DNA from: an uncultured Planctomycetia bacterium
GTDB lineage: Bacteria; Omnitrophota; Gorgyraeia; Tantalellales; Tantalellaceae
Direction of reading: 5' to 3'
Length of the DNA: 64,000 nt
Assembly: GCA_964572255.1 (NCBI GenBank)
Contig: CAZNEE010000001.1
Location: 267,587 to 331,586, forward strand
The notes beneath the pieces are model-generated. The model did no database searches and had not been told where the DNA came from. It saw only the letters and a program-made list of their open reading frames with translations. Position 1 is the first letter of the stretch. Each line of letters starts with the position of its first letter. Shown piece by piece: positions 38,441-48,730 of this stretch. Made by a program: the position numbers and the translations under genes.

Positions 38441-39229
38441 ATGAGAAAACCGATCATTGCGGGAAACTGGAAGATGTACAAGAACGTGAACGAGGCTATT
38501 GAATTCGTGAACGAGGTCAAACGTTCCGTTTATGACGTGGAAAATATCGAAATTGTTGTTTGCCCTCCGTTCACAAATTTAAGCGATGTTGGTGAAATGC
38601 TGATAGAGAGTAATATTGATTTCGGGGCGCAGAATTGTTACTGGGAAGCGGAAGGCGCTTTCACGGGCGAAATCTCGGTCGGCATGCTGAAGAGCGTGGG
38701 ATGTAAGTACGTGATCATAGGGCATTCGGAACGCAGAAAATATTTCGGTGAAACGGATGAAACAGTGAACAAGAGAATAAAAGCGGCCATTGACGGCGGG
38801 CTCATCCCGATATTCTGTGTCGGTGAAACGCTGGAAGAAAGAGAAGCGGGAAAAACCTTGGATGTAGTAAAAACTCAAGTGACCGGGGGGCTGAAAGGTT
38901 TTGATGAAGCTTATATTTCGTCTCTGGTTATTGCGTACGAACCTGTTTGGGCTATAGGGACCGGCAAAACCGCAACTCCCGATCAGGCTCAGGAAGTCCA
39001 TGCAATGATAAGGGAGCTCTTGAAAGACATGTATTCGGAATCTCTTTCTAATTCAATGAGAATACTTTACGGTGGAAGCGTCAAGCCGGATAATATCGAG
39101 GACCTCATGAGGGAAGAAGATATAGACGGAGGCCTTATAGGCGGCGCGAGCTTGAAAACCGATAGCTTTGTTGATATAATCAAGAAAACTTCGCAGCTTT
39201 ACGCAGAGAAGGGCGCTGCGATCAAATAA
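38441..39229 (+). CDS. tpiA: Triosephosphate isomerase
   Basis: AYEPVWAIGTGKTATP and GGSVKPDN motifs. Confidence 0.95.
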   Translation: MRKPIIAGNWKMYKNVNEAIEFVNEVKRSVYDVENIEIVVCPPFTNLSDVGEMLIESNIDFGAQNCYWEAEGAFTGEISVGMLKSVGCKYVIIGHSERRKYFGETDETVNKRIKAAIDGGLIPIFCVGETLEEREAGKTLDVVKTQVTGGLKGFDEAYISSLVIAYEPVWAIGTGKTATPDQAQEVHAMIRELLKDMYSESLSNSMRILYGGSVKPDNIEDLMREEDIDGGLIGGASLKTDSFVDIIKKTSQLYAEKGAAIK

Positions 39230-39253
39230 GGAAAATCTCAAAAAAGGAAAAAA

Positions 39254-39619
39254 ATGATATATATCTTGCTGATAATTTTACACGTAATTGCTTGTCTGGT
39301 GCTTATTTCCGTTATTTTGCTTCAGGCGGGAAGAGGCGGCGGATTCGGTGCTGTTTTCGGAACAGAAACCGCCCAGTCGCTTTTAGGTACCCAGGCTCCG
39401 GCATTGCTTAAAAAAGCCACCACAATAAGCGCTATAGCGTTTCTTATGACATCGCTTCTTTTGGGTATGATCACCGCACGTCAGGGAAAATCACTTTTTC
39501 AGCGAATGAAAATGCCTGCTATGCCGGCGGCAGTTCCTCAAGCAGGTGAAGCAGCACCGCAGGTACCGGCAGATGCTCCTTCCGGCGAGGCGGAAACCAA
39601 GGCGCCGGAAGCTGAATAA
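39254..39619 (+). CDS. secG: Preprotein translocase subunit SecG, with a low-complexity A/P/E-rich C-terminal tail
   Basis: LLQAGRGGGFGAVFG SecG signature and two TM helices. The tail is roughly 45 aa. Confidence 0.8.
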   Translation: MIYILLIILHVIACLVLISVILLQAGRGGGFGAVFGTETAQSLLGTQAPALLKKATTISAIAFLMTSLLLGMITARQGKSLFQRMKMPAMPAAVPQAGEAAPQVPADAPSGEAETKAPEAE

Positions 39620-39653
39620 TATTTTCATAAAATCCGACGGTCTCGTCGTTATC

Positions 39654-41279
39654 GTGAAATATATTAAAAACGTATTTAAAAGATCACCGTTAAAATTAGT
39701 AGCGGTGATCTTTTTTTTATGTTTATTTTTACCGGCAGGGTACTCTCAGGAAGAATGGGTCCCGCGGGATGCTTATGTAAGCGCAAGTATAGGCGAGCCG
39801 AGGGTCCTGGTGCCTTTTCTTGCTGACGATACTTCTTCAAGTTCCATATGTTCACTTGTTTACAACGGCCTTACAAAGGTCGATAAAGATCTTAATATTG
39901 TCGGCAGTCTCGCTAAAAAATGGGATATAACCGATGAAGGTCTTACAATAACCTTTTACCTGCATGAAGGGGTGAAATGGCATGATGGCGAGCCTTTTAC
40001 GGCAGACGATGTCCTTTTTACTTACAGGGCAATGCTTGATCCTAAAGTGGGATGTCCTTATATATCAAATTTCATTGATATAAAGGATATCGTTGTGGTC
40101 GACCCTTATACGATCCAATTCAAGTACAAGCGTCCATACGCTCCGGCACTACTCAAGTTCGGCATGGGGATAATCCCCAAACATTTATTTAAAGACATAA
40201 AAGATATTCGAAAATCCGTTTATGCCAGGTCGCCGATAGGGACAGGCCCATATACATTTTCGATTTGGAAAAGCGGTCAGTATATTATCCTTGAGGCAAA
40301 CCCTGATTATTTTGAACATGCTCCCGGGGTAGAACGTTACGTGTTCAGGATAATCCCTGATCAGGCGGTACAATTCCTTGAGCTTGTATCCGAAGGTATT
40401 GATGCGATGGATCTCAACCCTTATCAGTTCCGCATAAGAAGTAATACTAAAGAGTTCGCCGAAAGAATAGAAAAATACAGCTACCTTGCGCATGCGTACA
40501 CTTATATCGGATTTAACATGAAAGATCCGCTCTTCAAAGATAAGAAGGTCAGGCAGGCATTGAACTACGCTATAGACAGGAAAGAGATCATTGATGCAGT
40601 GCTTTTGGGGTTGGGAGAAGTCTGCACGGGTCCGTTCCTTAAAGGCTCACCTTATTATGATGATGAGATCGCCGGATATGAATACGATCCACAGAAAGCG
40701 GCGCTCTTTTTACGCAATGCGGGATGGAAAGATTCCGACGGAGACGGTATATTGGAAAAAGGCGGCGAGAAATTTATCATCAAACTCGTAACAAACCAGG
40801 GGAATCAAGTAAGAGAAGATGTTGCTACGATAGTTCAAAGGCAGTGGGCAAAACTCGGCATAAAGGTGGATATTCAGGTGGTCGCCTGGGCCGCTTTTCT
40901 GGACCAATTTGTGAATAAAAAGAACTTTCAGGCGGTTATCCTGGGTTGGACTTTGCCGATAGATCCGGATTCTTATACGGTATGGCATTCGGATTCCACC
41001 AGAGAGGGCGGGCTTAATTTTATCTCATATTCGGACGCGAGGGTTGATGAATTGATAGAACTTGGCCGGAGGGAGTTTGATATAGATAAACGAAAGAGAA
41101 TATATCGCCAGATCCATGCGATAATTTCGGAAGACGCGCCTTACGCGTTTTTATTTTTTCCGTATGCTACGCCGGCTATAAACAAAAGGTTCAAAGGCAT
41201 TGAACCCGCTCCCGCGGGGATAGGATATAATTTTATTGACTGGTACGTGCCGGAAGACGAAGTAAAATACAGGTTTTGA
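39654..41279 (+). CDS. ABC transporter substrate-binding protein, family 5 (oligopeptide/dipeptide/nickel type)
   Basis: The ORF-track start at 39546 overlaps secG. An in-frame GTG at about 39654 gives a signal peptide (VKYIKNVFKRSPLKLVAVIFFLCLF). SBP_bac_5 architecture. The exact start is uncertain. Confidence 0.7.
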   Translation: MKYIKNVFKRSPLKLVAVIFFLCLFLPAGYSQEEWVPRDAYVSASIGEPRVLVPFLADDTSSSSICSLVYNGLTKVDKDLNIVGSLAKKWDITDEGLTITFYLHEGVKWHDGEPFTADDVLFTYRAMLDPKVGCPYISNFIDIKDIVVVDPYTIQFKYKRPYAPALLKFGMGIIPKHLFKDIKDIRKSVYARSPIGTGPYTFSIWKSGQYIILEANPDYFEHAPGVERYVFRIIPDQAVQFLELVSEGIDAMDLNPYQFRIRSNTKEFAERIEKYSYLAHAYTYIGFNMKDPLFKDKKVRQALNYAIDRKEIIDAVLLGLGEVCTGPFLKGSPYYDDEIAGYEYDPQKAALFLRNAGWKDSDGDGILEKGGEKFIIKLVTNQGNQVREDVATIVQRQWAKLGIKVDIQVVAWAAFLDQFVNKKNFQAVILGWTLPIDPDSYTVWHSDSTREGGLNFISYSDARVDELIELGRREFDIDKRKRIYRQIHAIISEDAPYAFLFFPYATPAINKRFKGIEPAPAGIGYNFIDWYVPEDEVKYRF

Positions 41280-41308
41280 GGGGACGTCCCATTCGGGGAC
41301 ACCCCGCC
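41280..41308 (+). repeat. REP-like palindromic element, copy 2 (GGGGGACGTCCCATTCGGGGACACCCCGCC)
   Basis: Read directly after the substrate-binding protein stop. Confidence 0.5.
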
Positions 41309-41330
41309 GATATAAAATGGATCAAAAAAG

Positions 41331-42311
41331 ATGAAAAGATATGTCATAAAACGTTTACTCTTTATTATCCCGATGCTCATAGGGATATCCCTGATCCTTT
41401 TTGTGATCATGCATTTTGCTCCAGGAGATCCGACAAGTTTAAGGTACGGATTAAACCCCGAGGTTTCTCAAAGCGCCAGGCAGAATTTTGACAAGATGTA
41501 TGGCCTGGACAAACCTCTCTTCATGCAATATGCGCTTTGGATGAAACGTTTTGTATTGCTTGATTTCGGAAGGTCTTTCATCGATGATAAACCGGTTATC
41601 GGAAAGATAGCGTCACGCCTTCCGGCGACATTGCTTCTTCAGATAAGTTCCCTTATCGTGATATTTATTATTGCGCTGCCGATAGGGATAATAAGCGCGG
41701 TTAAAAGAAATTCTGTTTTTGACCGCATCATGACAGTGGTGGTATTTATAGGTTACGCGATGCCGACTTTCTGGCTGGCGCTTCTTTTGATATTCCTGCT
41801 CGGTTTTAAACTTGAATGGTTCCCGATATCAGGCATGAGCCCGTGGTACACGGCATACCTCGACGGATTCGGTAAGTTCAAGGATCTCATCTGGCATCTT
41901 GTGCTTCCCGTCGCGACTACCGCTTTCGGCGGGCTTGCGGCGCTTTCAAGATATTCACGCTCAAGCATGATAGAAACCCTACAGGAGCAGTATATCCTGA
42001 CCGCAAGGGCTAAAGGGCTTCCCGAAAGACGCGTTATCATGGTGCATGCTTTGAAAAATGCGCTTCTTCCTATAATAACGATACTCGGGCTTACACTGCC
42101 GGGGCTGATCTCGGGAAGTTTTATTTTCGAGACGATATTCGCCTGGCCGGGGATGGGGCGTTTAGGTTATGAAGCGATAATGAGTTATGATTATCCGGTA
42201 GTTATGGGAGTGGGAGCGATAGCAACATTTTTGACGTTATTGGGTATTTTTATTTCTGATGTATTGTATGCGGTCGTGGATCCGCGCATAAGGTTCGAAA
42301 AACATAGATAA
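41331..42311 (+). CDS. ABC transporter permease (OppB/DppB-like)
   Basis: Six TM helices and the EAA-like motif region (ARAKGLPERRVIMVHALKNA). Confidence 0.85.
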   Translation: MKRYVIKRLLFIIPMLIGISLILFVIMHFAPGDPTSLRYGLNPEVSQSARQNFDKMYGLDKPLFMQYALWMKRFVLLDFGRSFIDDKPVIGKIASRLPATLLLQISSLIVIFIIALPIGIISAVKRNSVFDRIMTVVVFIGYAMPTFWLALLLIFLLGFKLEWFPISGMSPWYTAYLDGFGKFKDLIWHLVLPVATTAFGGLAALSRYSRSSMIETLQEQYILTARAKGLPERRVIMVHALKNALLPIITILGLTLPGLISGSFIFETIFAWPGMGRLGYEAIMSYDYPVVMGVGAIATFLTLLGIFISDVLYAVVDPRIRFEKHR

Positions 42312-42343
42312 AAGTGCAAAATTTTGATCAGTTTTAAGTATAT

Positions 42344-42372
42344 GGCGTGTCACCAAATGGAGCGTCCCTGAA
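42344..42372 (-). repeat. REP-like palindromic element, copy 3 (inverted orientation)
   Basis: The reverse complement of GGCGTGTCACCAAATGGAGCGTCCCTG matches copies 1 and 2. It abuts the start of the next permease gene. Coordinates approximate. Confidence 0.45.
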
Positions 42373-43181
42373 TGCGGTTAATATTCGGTATAACGATCAT
42401 AACAATAATGATGCTTGGCGCTGTTTTTGCGCCTCTTGTGGCAAGGTATGATCCGCTTGGCATGGATCTTTCACCTGAGGCACGATTGCAGGCGCCTTCA
42501 CGCGAGCATATTTTCGGGACGGATAATCTTGGCCGGGATGTTTTCAGCCGCATGGTTTACGGGGCCCGCGTATCCTTGAGTGTAGGATTTATAGCGGTTT
42601 TTATATCGCTTTCGATCGGTATCTTTCTGGGAGGGCTTAGCGGATATTACGGAGGGAAAGTGGATGCCGTCATAATGAGGCTGGTTGAAGTGATGTACTG
42701 CTTCCCGACGATATTTCTCATAATGATGGTGATAACATTCCTGGGCCCGAGTATTATCAATGTCATGATAGTTATAGGCCTTACAAGCTGGCCCGGGCTA
42801 TGCCGACTTGTACGTGCGGAATTTCTGACTTTAAGGGAAAGAGATTTCGTGTACGCGGCCAAGGTCCAGGGGGTTTCGGATCTTAGATTAATTTTCCGGC
42901 ACATACTTCCTAATGCCATGGCGCCCGTGTATGTAAGCGCTACGCTCAGTGTCGGTGCGGCCATTTTGATCGAAAGCGCTCTCAGCTTTTTGGGATTAGG
43001 CGTCCAGATACCGACACCAAGCTGGGGAAACATATTAACAGCCGGGAAGAATTATATTGATTATGCCTGGTGGCTGACCTTTTTCCCGGGTTTTTCTATT
43101 TTACTTACGGTATTGGGTTTTAATCTTATAGGCGAGAGTTTAAGGGAAAGATTGGATCCCAGACTGAAGGAAAGAAAATAA
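42372..43181 (+). CDS. ABC transporter permease (OppC/DppC-like)
   Basis: Six TM helices and the binding-protein-dependent transport motif (VYAAKVQGVSDLRLIFRHILPNA). Confidence 0.85.
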   Translation: MRLIFGITIITIMMLGAVFAPLVARYDPLGMDLSPEARLQAPSREHIFGTDNLGRDVFSRMVYGARVSLSVGFIAVFISLSIGIFLGGLSGYYGGKVDAVIMRLVEVMYCFPTIFLIMMVITFLGPSIINVMIVIGLTSWPGLCRLVRAEFLTLRERDFVYAAKVQGVSDLRLIFRHILPNAMAPVYVSATLSVGAAILIESALSFLGLGVQIPTPSWGNILTAGKNYIDYAWWLTFFPGFSILLTVLGFNLIGESLRERLDPRLKERK

Positions 43182-43182
43182 A

Positions 43183-43983
43183 ATGGAATCAGATAAAATT
43201 CTCGAGATAAAAGACCTGACAATAGCTTTCGGCAAAAGACGCGTCGTTGATGGAGTCAATCTATCTTTGGGTAATGGCAAGATCACGGCGCTTGTAGGCG
43301 AATCCGGAAGCGGCAAGACAATAACGGCACTATCGATATTGGATCTATTGCCGGCTGCGGCAGAGCGCACCAAAGGCGAAATATTGTTCAAGGGGAAAAA
43401 CATTTTTGATCTAAGATCTGAAGAATTAAGAAGTACAAGAGGTAAAGATATCGGCATTGTTTTTCAGGAACCTTTTACCGCGCTGAATCCCGTCATTCGT
43501 ATAGGGGAACAGATCCGGGAGACAATAGAAGCCCATGAAAGATATCCTGATAATGAGATCTCCGGCCGCATAAACGAGCTTTTACATACGGTAAAACTTA
43601 CGCAGGATGTTGTACTGCAGTATCCTCACGAGCTTTCGGGAGGAATGCGTCAAAGGGTAATGCTTGCCATAGCGCTTTCATGTGATCCGGATCTCTTGAT
43701 CCTTGATGAACCCACGACAGCTTTGGATGTTTCCGTGCAGAAACATATTCTTGACCTGATAAAAAGGATCCAGGGCGAAAGACATTTAGCTGTTTTCTTC
43801 ATTACGCATGATTTTTCTGTTGTGAACATGATAGCGGATGAAGTAAGCGTGATGAAAGAGGGGATTCTTGTGGAAAGCGGACCCAAAGATATGGTACTCA
43901 AGACCCCGCAGCATGAATATACGAAAAAATTAATAGGGTGCATACCCAGACTCGGAGATAAAAGAGAGAGGCTCCCGGCGTAA
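43183..43983 (+). CDS. ABC transporter ATP-binding protein (OppD/DppD-like)
   Basis: Walker A GESGSGKT, signature LSGGMRQR, Walker B LLILDEPT. Confidence 0.9.
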   Translation: MESDKILEIKDLTIAFGKRRVVDGVNLSLGNGKITALVGESGSGKTITALSILDLLPAAAERTKGEILFKGKNIFDLRSEELRSTRGKDIGIVFQEPFTALNPVIRIGEQIRETIEAHERYPDNEISGRINELLHTVKLTQDVVLQYPHELSGGMRQRVMLAIALSCDPDLLILDEPTTALDVSVQKHILDLIKRIQGERHLAVFFITHDFSVVNMIADEVSVMKEGILVESGPKDMVLKTPQHEYTKKLIGCIPRLGDKRERLPA

Positions 43984-43985
43984 AA

Positions 43986-44714
43986 ATGGTAGAAGTCAAA
44001 GATCTCAGAAAATATTTCATAAAAAGAAAAGCTTTCTTTGGGACCAAAGCGGAACCCGTAAAAGCGGTGGATGGCGTTAGTTTTTCTGTTGAAAAAGGCA
44101 AAACGTTCGGTCTGGTCGGCGAATCAGGCTGCGGAAAATCCACGGTCGCTAAACTCTTGGTCGGCATACTCGAACCGGATTCAGGCAGTATAGTTATAGA
44201 CGGGGATAAGGACATAGTATTCCAGGATCCTTTCAGTTCGCTGAATCCCCGCATGACGGTAAGAAGCATAGTCACCGAAGCGTTACGTATCCGCGGCGCG
44301 AGTAAAGAAGAGATGGATCGGCGTCTTGACCAGACGCTGAGCCTGGTGAGGCTCAATGAACCCGGCACTTCCGATAAATATCCGCATCAGTTCTCAGGCG
44401 GAGAAAGGCAAAGGATCGCTATCGCAAGGGCCATTATACGCAGGCCCAAAGTACTTGTCCTTGATGAGCCGGTATCAAGTCTTGATGTTTCTATTCAGGC
44501 AAGCATCCTTAATCTCTTAAAAGACTTACAGCAGGAACTTGGCATGACATATATATTTATTTCACATGATCTCAGGATAGTCGAGTTCATGTCAGACACC
44601 GTGGGGGTGATGACCGAAGGCAGATTTGTCGAAGTAGCTGACCGCGAGAAGATCTATTCCGATCCTCAGAACGAATATACCCGCCGTTTACTTGAGGCGA
44701 TCCCGAAAATATAG
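43986..44714 (+). CDS. ABC transporter ATP-binding protein (OppF/DppF-like)
   Basis: Walker A GESGCGKST, signature FSGGERQR, Walker B VLVLDEP. Confidence 0.9.
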   Translation: MVEVKDLRKYFIKRKAFFGTKAEPVKAVDGVSFSVEKGKTFGLVGESGCGKSTVAKLLVGILEPDSGSIVIDGDKDIVFQDPFSSLNPRMTVRSIVTEALRIRGASKEEMDRRLDQTLSLVRLNEPGTSDKYPHQFSGGERQRIAIARAIIRRPKVLVLDEPVSSLDVSIQASILNLLKDLQQELGMTYIFISHDLRIVEFMSDTVGVMTEGRFVEVADREKIYSDPQNEYTRRLLEAIPKI

Positions 44715-44727
44715 CCGAAGTTAGCCA

Positions 44728-44756
44728 TTGATTTTAATATAAAAATTTGGTAAACT
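44728..44756 (+). promoter_or_regulatory. Candidate promoter TTGATT-17-TAAACT upstream of leuC
   Basis: Read from sequence in an AT-rich 100-bp gap. Weak -10. Confidence 0.25.
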
Positions 44757-44814
44757 GGCTTTTCTAGATTATATATAATTAGTTATTTATGACCCATTAA
44801 ACTAGAGGTGATAA

Positions 44815-46095
44815 ATGGGATATACAGTTTCAGAAAAGATACTTCTTTCTCACGCGATAGGCAAAAAGAATATAGCTCCGGGAGATTTCATACGGGCAAA
44901 GATAGATCTTTGCATGGGTAATGACATAACTTCTCCGATAGCGATAAAGGAGTTCCGTGAACTGGGAAAGAAGAAGGTCTTTAACCAGAAAAGGGTCATT
45001 TTAGTCCCGGATCATTTCATCCCGGCAAAGGACATGAAAAGCGCCAACCAGGCGGCTATTCTGAAAGAGTTTGCCGAAGATTTCGGTATAACCAATTATT
45101 TTGAATTGGGTGAGATGGGCGTTGAGCATGCCCTGGTTCCCGAAAGAGGATTGGTCCTTCCGGGAGACCTTATGATAGGCGCAGATTCCCATACCTGCAC
45201 ACACGGCGCGCTCGGAGCTTTTACAACGGGCGTGGGAAGCACTGATCTCGCTTACGCCATGGCTTTCGGCGAGTGCTGGTTCAAGGTCCCCGAGACGATA
45301 AAGATCGTTTTCACCGGCAAGACCAAAAAATGGGTGGGAGGCAAGGATCTTATACTGCATGCCATCAGTGATCTGGGGGTATCAGGCGCTCTATATAAAA
45401 CATTGGAATTTACCGGAGATACTATCGATACTCTTTCTATGGATGACAGGTTCACCATATGCAACATGGCCATAGAAGCCGGGGCAAAAAACGGGATAAT
45501 CGCGCCGGATAAGATAACCGAGCAATATGTTAAAGCTGCCATAAGAAAATACAAGCCTCAGCGTAAAGCTATAAAAAAAGTTAAAAGCGATAAAGACGCG
45601 GTTTATACCGAAGTCAGAGAATATAACGTATCAAAACTTGAACCCGTAGTCGCGGCGCCGCACCTGCCGTCCAACGGTAAGCCGGTAAGCGAGTTCAAGG
45701 ACATCAAGGTCGATCAGGTGTTTATCGGTTCATGTACGAACGGGAGGATATCCGATCTAAAGCAGGCCGCGGCGGTCCTCAGGAACAGGAAAGTCAATCC
45801 TGATGTGCGGCTGGTGGTTATTCCCGCTACACAGGAAATATATAAGCAGGCTATAAAAGAAGGATACACTGAGATCATCGTAAAAGCCGGAGGAGTCATG
45901 TGTACGCCTAATTGCGGGCCGTGTCTTGGCGGCCACATGGGAATATTATCCGAAGGCGAAGTGGCGGTCTCTACGACAAACAGGAATTTTGTAGGGCGAA
46001 TGGGACATCCGAAAAGTTTTGTTTATCTGGCAAACCCGGCGGTTGCGGCTGCGTCCGCGATAAAGGGCAAGATAACCTGTCCGCACATGTTATAA
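44815..46095 (+). CDS. leuC: 3-isopropylmalate dehydratase large subunit (short type-2 LeuC/HACN family)
   Basis: Aconitase-family [4Fe-4S] cysteines (CTNGR, CGPCLG). About 420 aa. Followed by leuD and leuB. Confidence 0.85.
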   Translation: MGYTVSEKILLSHAIGKKNIAPGDFIRAKIDLCMGNDITSPIAIKEFRELGKKKVFNQKRVILVPDHFIPAKDMKSANQAAILKEFAEDFGITNYFELGEMGVEHALVPERGLVLPGDLMIGADSHTCTHGALGAFTTGVGSTDLAYAMAFGECWFKVPETIKIVFTGKTKKWVGGKDLILHAISDLGVSGALYKTLEFTGDTIDTLSMDDRFTICNMAIEAGAKNGIIAPDKITEQYVKAAIRKYKPQRKAIKKVKSDKDAVYTEVREYNVSKLEPVVAAPHLPSNGKPVSEFKDIKVDQVFIGSCTNGRISDLKQAAAVLRNRKVNPDVRLVVIPATQEIYKQAIKEGYTEIIVKAGGVMCTPNCGPCLGGHMGILSEGEVAVSTTNRNFVGRMGHPKSFVYLANPAVAAASAIKGKITCPHML

Positions 46096-46107
46096 AAAGA
46101 GGTATAT

Positions 46108-46602
46108 ATGAAATTAAAAGGAAAAGTCCATAAATTCGGTAATAATATCAATACGGATGAGATAATACCGGCGCGGTATCTGAGTACCTCGATCCCCGAA
46201 GAGCTTGCAAAACATTGCATGGAAGACGCGGATCCTAAATTCGCAAAAAAGGTGAAAAAAGGTGATTTGATCGTAGCCGGTGAAAATTTCGGATGCGGTT
46301 CCAGCAGGGAACACGCGCCGATCGCCATAAAAGCGGCCGGTGTATCCTGCGTGGTAGCAAAAAGTTTTGCCAGGATTTTTTACAGGAACGCCATAAATAT
46401 AGGCCTCCCGATATTTACAAGCAGCGACGCGGCAAAAACCCTTAAATCGGGGGATAGCGTGGAAGTGGATCTTAATAAGGGAAAGATAACCAAAAGCGGC
46501 AGAAAACACGAATTCGAAGTTGAAGTGTTTCCCGGTTTTATCAAGGAGATAATAACCAGCGGCGGCCTTATGGCCTACGCTAAAGGTAAAAGGAAGAAGT
46601 AG
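46108..46602 (+). CDS. leuD: 3-isopropylmalate dehydratase small subunit
   Basis: GENFGCGSSREHAP swivel-domain motif. 164 aa. Confidence 0.85.
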   Translation: MKLKGKVHKFGNNINTDEIIPARYLSTSIPEELAKHCMEDADPKFAKKVKKGDLIVAGENFGCGSSREHAPIAIKAAGVSCVVAKSFARIFYRNAINIGLPIFTSSDAAKTLKSGDSVEVDLNKGKITKSGRKHEFEVEVFPGFIKEIITSGGLMAYAKGKRKK

Positions 46603-46610
46603 GAGGCGAG

Positions 46611-47663
46611 ATGTACAAAATAGCAGTTTTACCCGGAGATGGCACAGGCCCGGAGGTTGTGAACGAGGGGTTAAAGGTACTGGACGCGGTAGCCAAGAAG
46701 GCGAATTTCAAATATGAAAAGATCATGTATGATCTCGGAGGAGAACGCTACAAGAAAACAGGCGAGATCCTTCCTGACAGCGTTCTTGATGAGCTTCGCA
46801 CGGTCGATGCCATATATCTCGGGGCTATAGGACATCCGGACGTTAAGCCCGGCATACTTGAAAAAGGCCTTTTGTTGGCATTAAGGTTTGCTTTGGATCA
46901 GTATATCAACCTTCGTCCCGTTAAGCTTTATCCGGGAGTCGATACTCCGCTAAAAGATAAAGGGCCGGAAGATATTGATTTTGTTGTTGTGCGTGAGAAT
47001 ACGGAAGGCTTGTATACAGGCACCGGGGGCTTCCTGAAATATGACACAACAGATGAGGTCGCTCTTCAGACTTCCGTGAATACTTATAAAGGAGTGGAAA
47101 GATGTCTTCGTTACGCTTATGAATACACAAAAAGACGCAACAAGAACAATACTTTGACTTTGGTCGGCAAGACCAATGTTCTCACTTATGCGTTCGATCT
47201 TTGGGAAAGAACCTTTAACAAGATGTCCAAAGATTATCCGGGCATTAAAACGGATTATGCTCATGTTGACGCTACATGCATGTGGATGGTAAAAAATCCC
47301 GAATGGTTTGACGTGATCGTAACGGATAACATGTTCGGCGATATCATCACTGATCTTGGCGCCATGATCCAGGGCGGTATGGGTGTAGCCGCGGGCGGCA
47401 ACATCAACCCTGAAGGCGTCTCGATGTTCGAGCCTATCGGCGGATCAGCTCCGAAATATACCGGAAAGAACGTTATCAACCCGTTGGCTGCGATATGCGC
47501 CGGGGGCATGATGCTGGACGAGCTTGGCGAGACCGAAGCGGCGAACATGGTCGAGAAAGCCGTAATGGAAGTTACGGGTACAAAGTTAAAAAGTCTTTCA
47601 GCGGGCAAGATGGGTTATTCTACGACTGAAGTCGGAGACTTGGTAGTAAAAGCACTAAAGTAA
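46611..47663 (+). CDS. leuB: 3-isopropylmalate dehydrogenase
   Basis: IAVLPGDGTGPEV and NMFGDIITDL motifs. Context with leuCD. Confidence 0.85.
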   Translation: MYKIAVLPGDGTGPEVVNEGLKVLDAVAKKANFKYEKIMYDLGGERYKKTGEILPDSVLDELRTVDAIYLGAIGHPDVKPGILEKGLLLALRFALDQYINLRPVKLYPGVDTPLKDKGPEDIDFVVVRENTEGLYTGTGGFLKYDTTDEVALQTSVNTYKGVERCLRYAYEYTKRRNKNNTLTLVGKTNVLTYAFDLWERTFNKMSKDYPGIKTDYAHVDATCMWMVKNPEWFDVIVTDNMFGDIITDLGAMIQGGMGVAAGGNINPEGVSMFEPIGGSAPKYTGKNVINPLAAICAGGMMLDELGETEAANMVEKAVMEVTGTKLKSLSAGKMGYSTTEVGDLVVKALK

Positions 47664-47675
47664 GAGGAAATTTAT

Positions 47676-48728
47676 ATGCTGAAGAAAAAAGATAAGTATA
47701 ATGTAGCGGTGATGGGCGCGACCGGCGCTGTAGGCGCTCAGTTTATGTCCATACTTGCTGAAAGGGATTTTCCGATCGATGAGCTAAGGCTTCTCGCAAG
47801 CGAAAGGTCTAAAGGCAGGAAGCTTACCTATAAAGGAGAAGAACTTCCGGTGCAAGTTCTTACCAAAGATTCTTTTGGGGGCATAGACATCGTGCTTGCT
47901 TCAGCGGGCGCATCACGCAGTAAGGAGTTTCTGCCTTCAGCGGTTAAAGCCGGGGCTGTATGCGTGGATAACTCCAGCGCTTTTCGTATGGATAAAGATG
48001 TTCCTTTGGTAGTTCCTGAAGTCAACCCGCATGCGATTAAGAAGCATAAAGGCATAATCGCCAATCCGAATTGCTCGACCATCCAGATGATGCTCCCCCT
48101 ATGCGCGATAAAAAAAGCGGCCGGGCTTAAGCGCATAGTTGCAAGCACCTTTCAGTCCGTGTCAGGCGCGGGCCAGGGGAATATACTCGAGATGGAAAAA
48201 CAGGTCATGGAGCTTAGCAGGAAAGAATCGCATTACGGGATAGGCGAGCATAACGTGCCTGAGGGTATGGTAGAAAATTTTTCTCATCAGATAGCATATA
48301 ACCTTATACCTCATATAGATGTTTTCCTGGAGAATCAGTACACCAAGGAAGAGATGAAGATGGTCAATGAAAGCCGCAAGATACTGGAGATGCCGCGTCT
48401 GGCGGTTACCGCAACCTGCGTGAGAGTACCTGTTTATTACGCGCATTCCGAAAGTGTGAACATAGAAACCGAGAAGAAACTCACCCGAGAGGAAGCAATA
48501 GATATCCTAAAAGATTTTCCCGGAATTACCGTTATTGATGAGCCTTCCGAGAACAAGTACCCCATGCCTATAGATGTAGAGGGCAAGGACGATGTATATG
48601 TAGGCCGAGTAAGGGAAGACGAATCAGCCGAAAACGGTATAAACATGTGGATCGTCGCCGATAATCTCCGCAAGGGTGCCGCGCTGAACGCTATCCAGAT
48701 CGCGGAACACCTTATCGCCAATCAATAG
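47676..48728 (+). CDS. asd: Aspartate-semialdehyde dehydrogenase
   Basis: VMGATGAVG at the N-terminus and active site NPNCSTIQMM. Confidence 0.9.
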   Translation: MLKKKDKYNVAVMGATGAVGAQFMSILAERDFPIDELRLLASERSKGRKLTYKGEELPVQVLTKDSFGGIDIVLASAGASRSKEFLPSAVKAGAVCVDNSSAFRMDKDVPLVVPEVNPHAIKKHKGIIANPNCSTIQMMLPLCAIKKAAGLKRIVASTFQSVSGAGQGNILEMEKQVMELSRKESHYGIGEHNVPEGMVENFSHQIAYNLIPHIDVFLENQYTKEEMKMVNESRKILEMPRLAVTATCVRVPVYYAHSESVNIETEKKLTREEAIDILKDFPGITVIDEPSENKYPMPIDVEGKDDVYVGRVREDESAENGINMWIVADNLRKGAALNAIQIAEHLIANQ

Positions 48729-48730
48729 AC

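Noticed and set aside
44715-44814. Possible T-box or leucine leader-peptide attenuator upstream of leuC
   Set aside because: The gap is only 100 bp and AT-rich, too short for a T-box. No short Leu-codon-rich leader ORF or terminator hairpin is evident.
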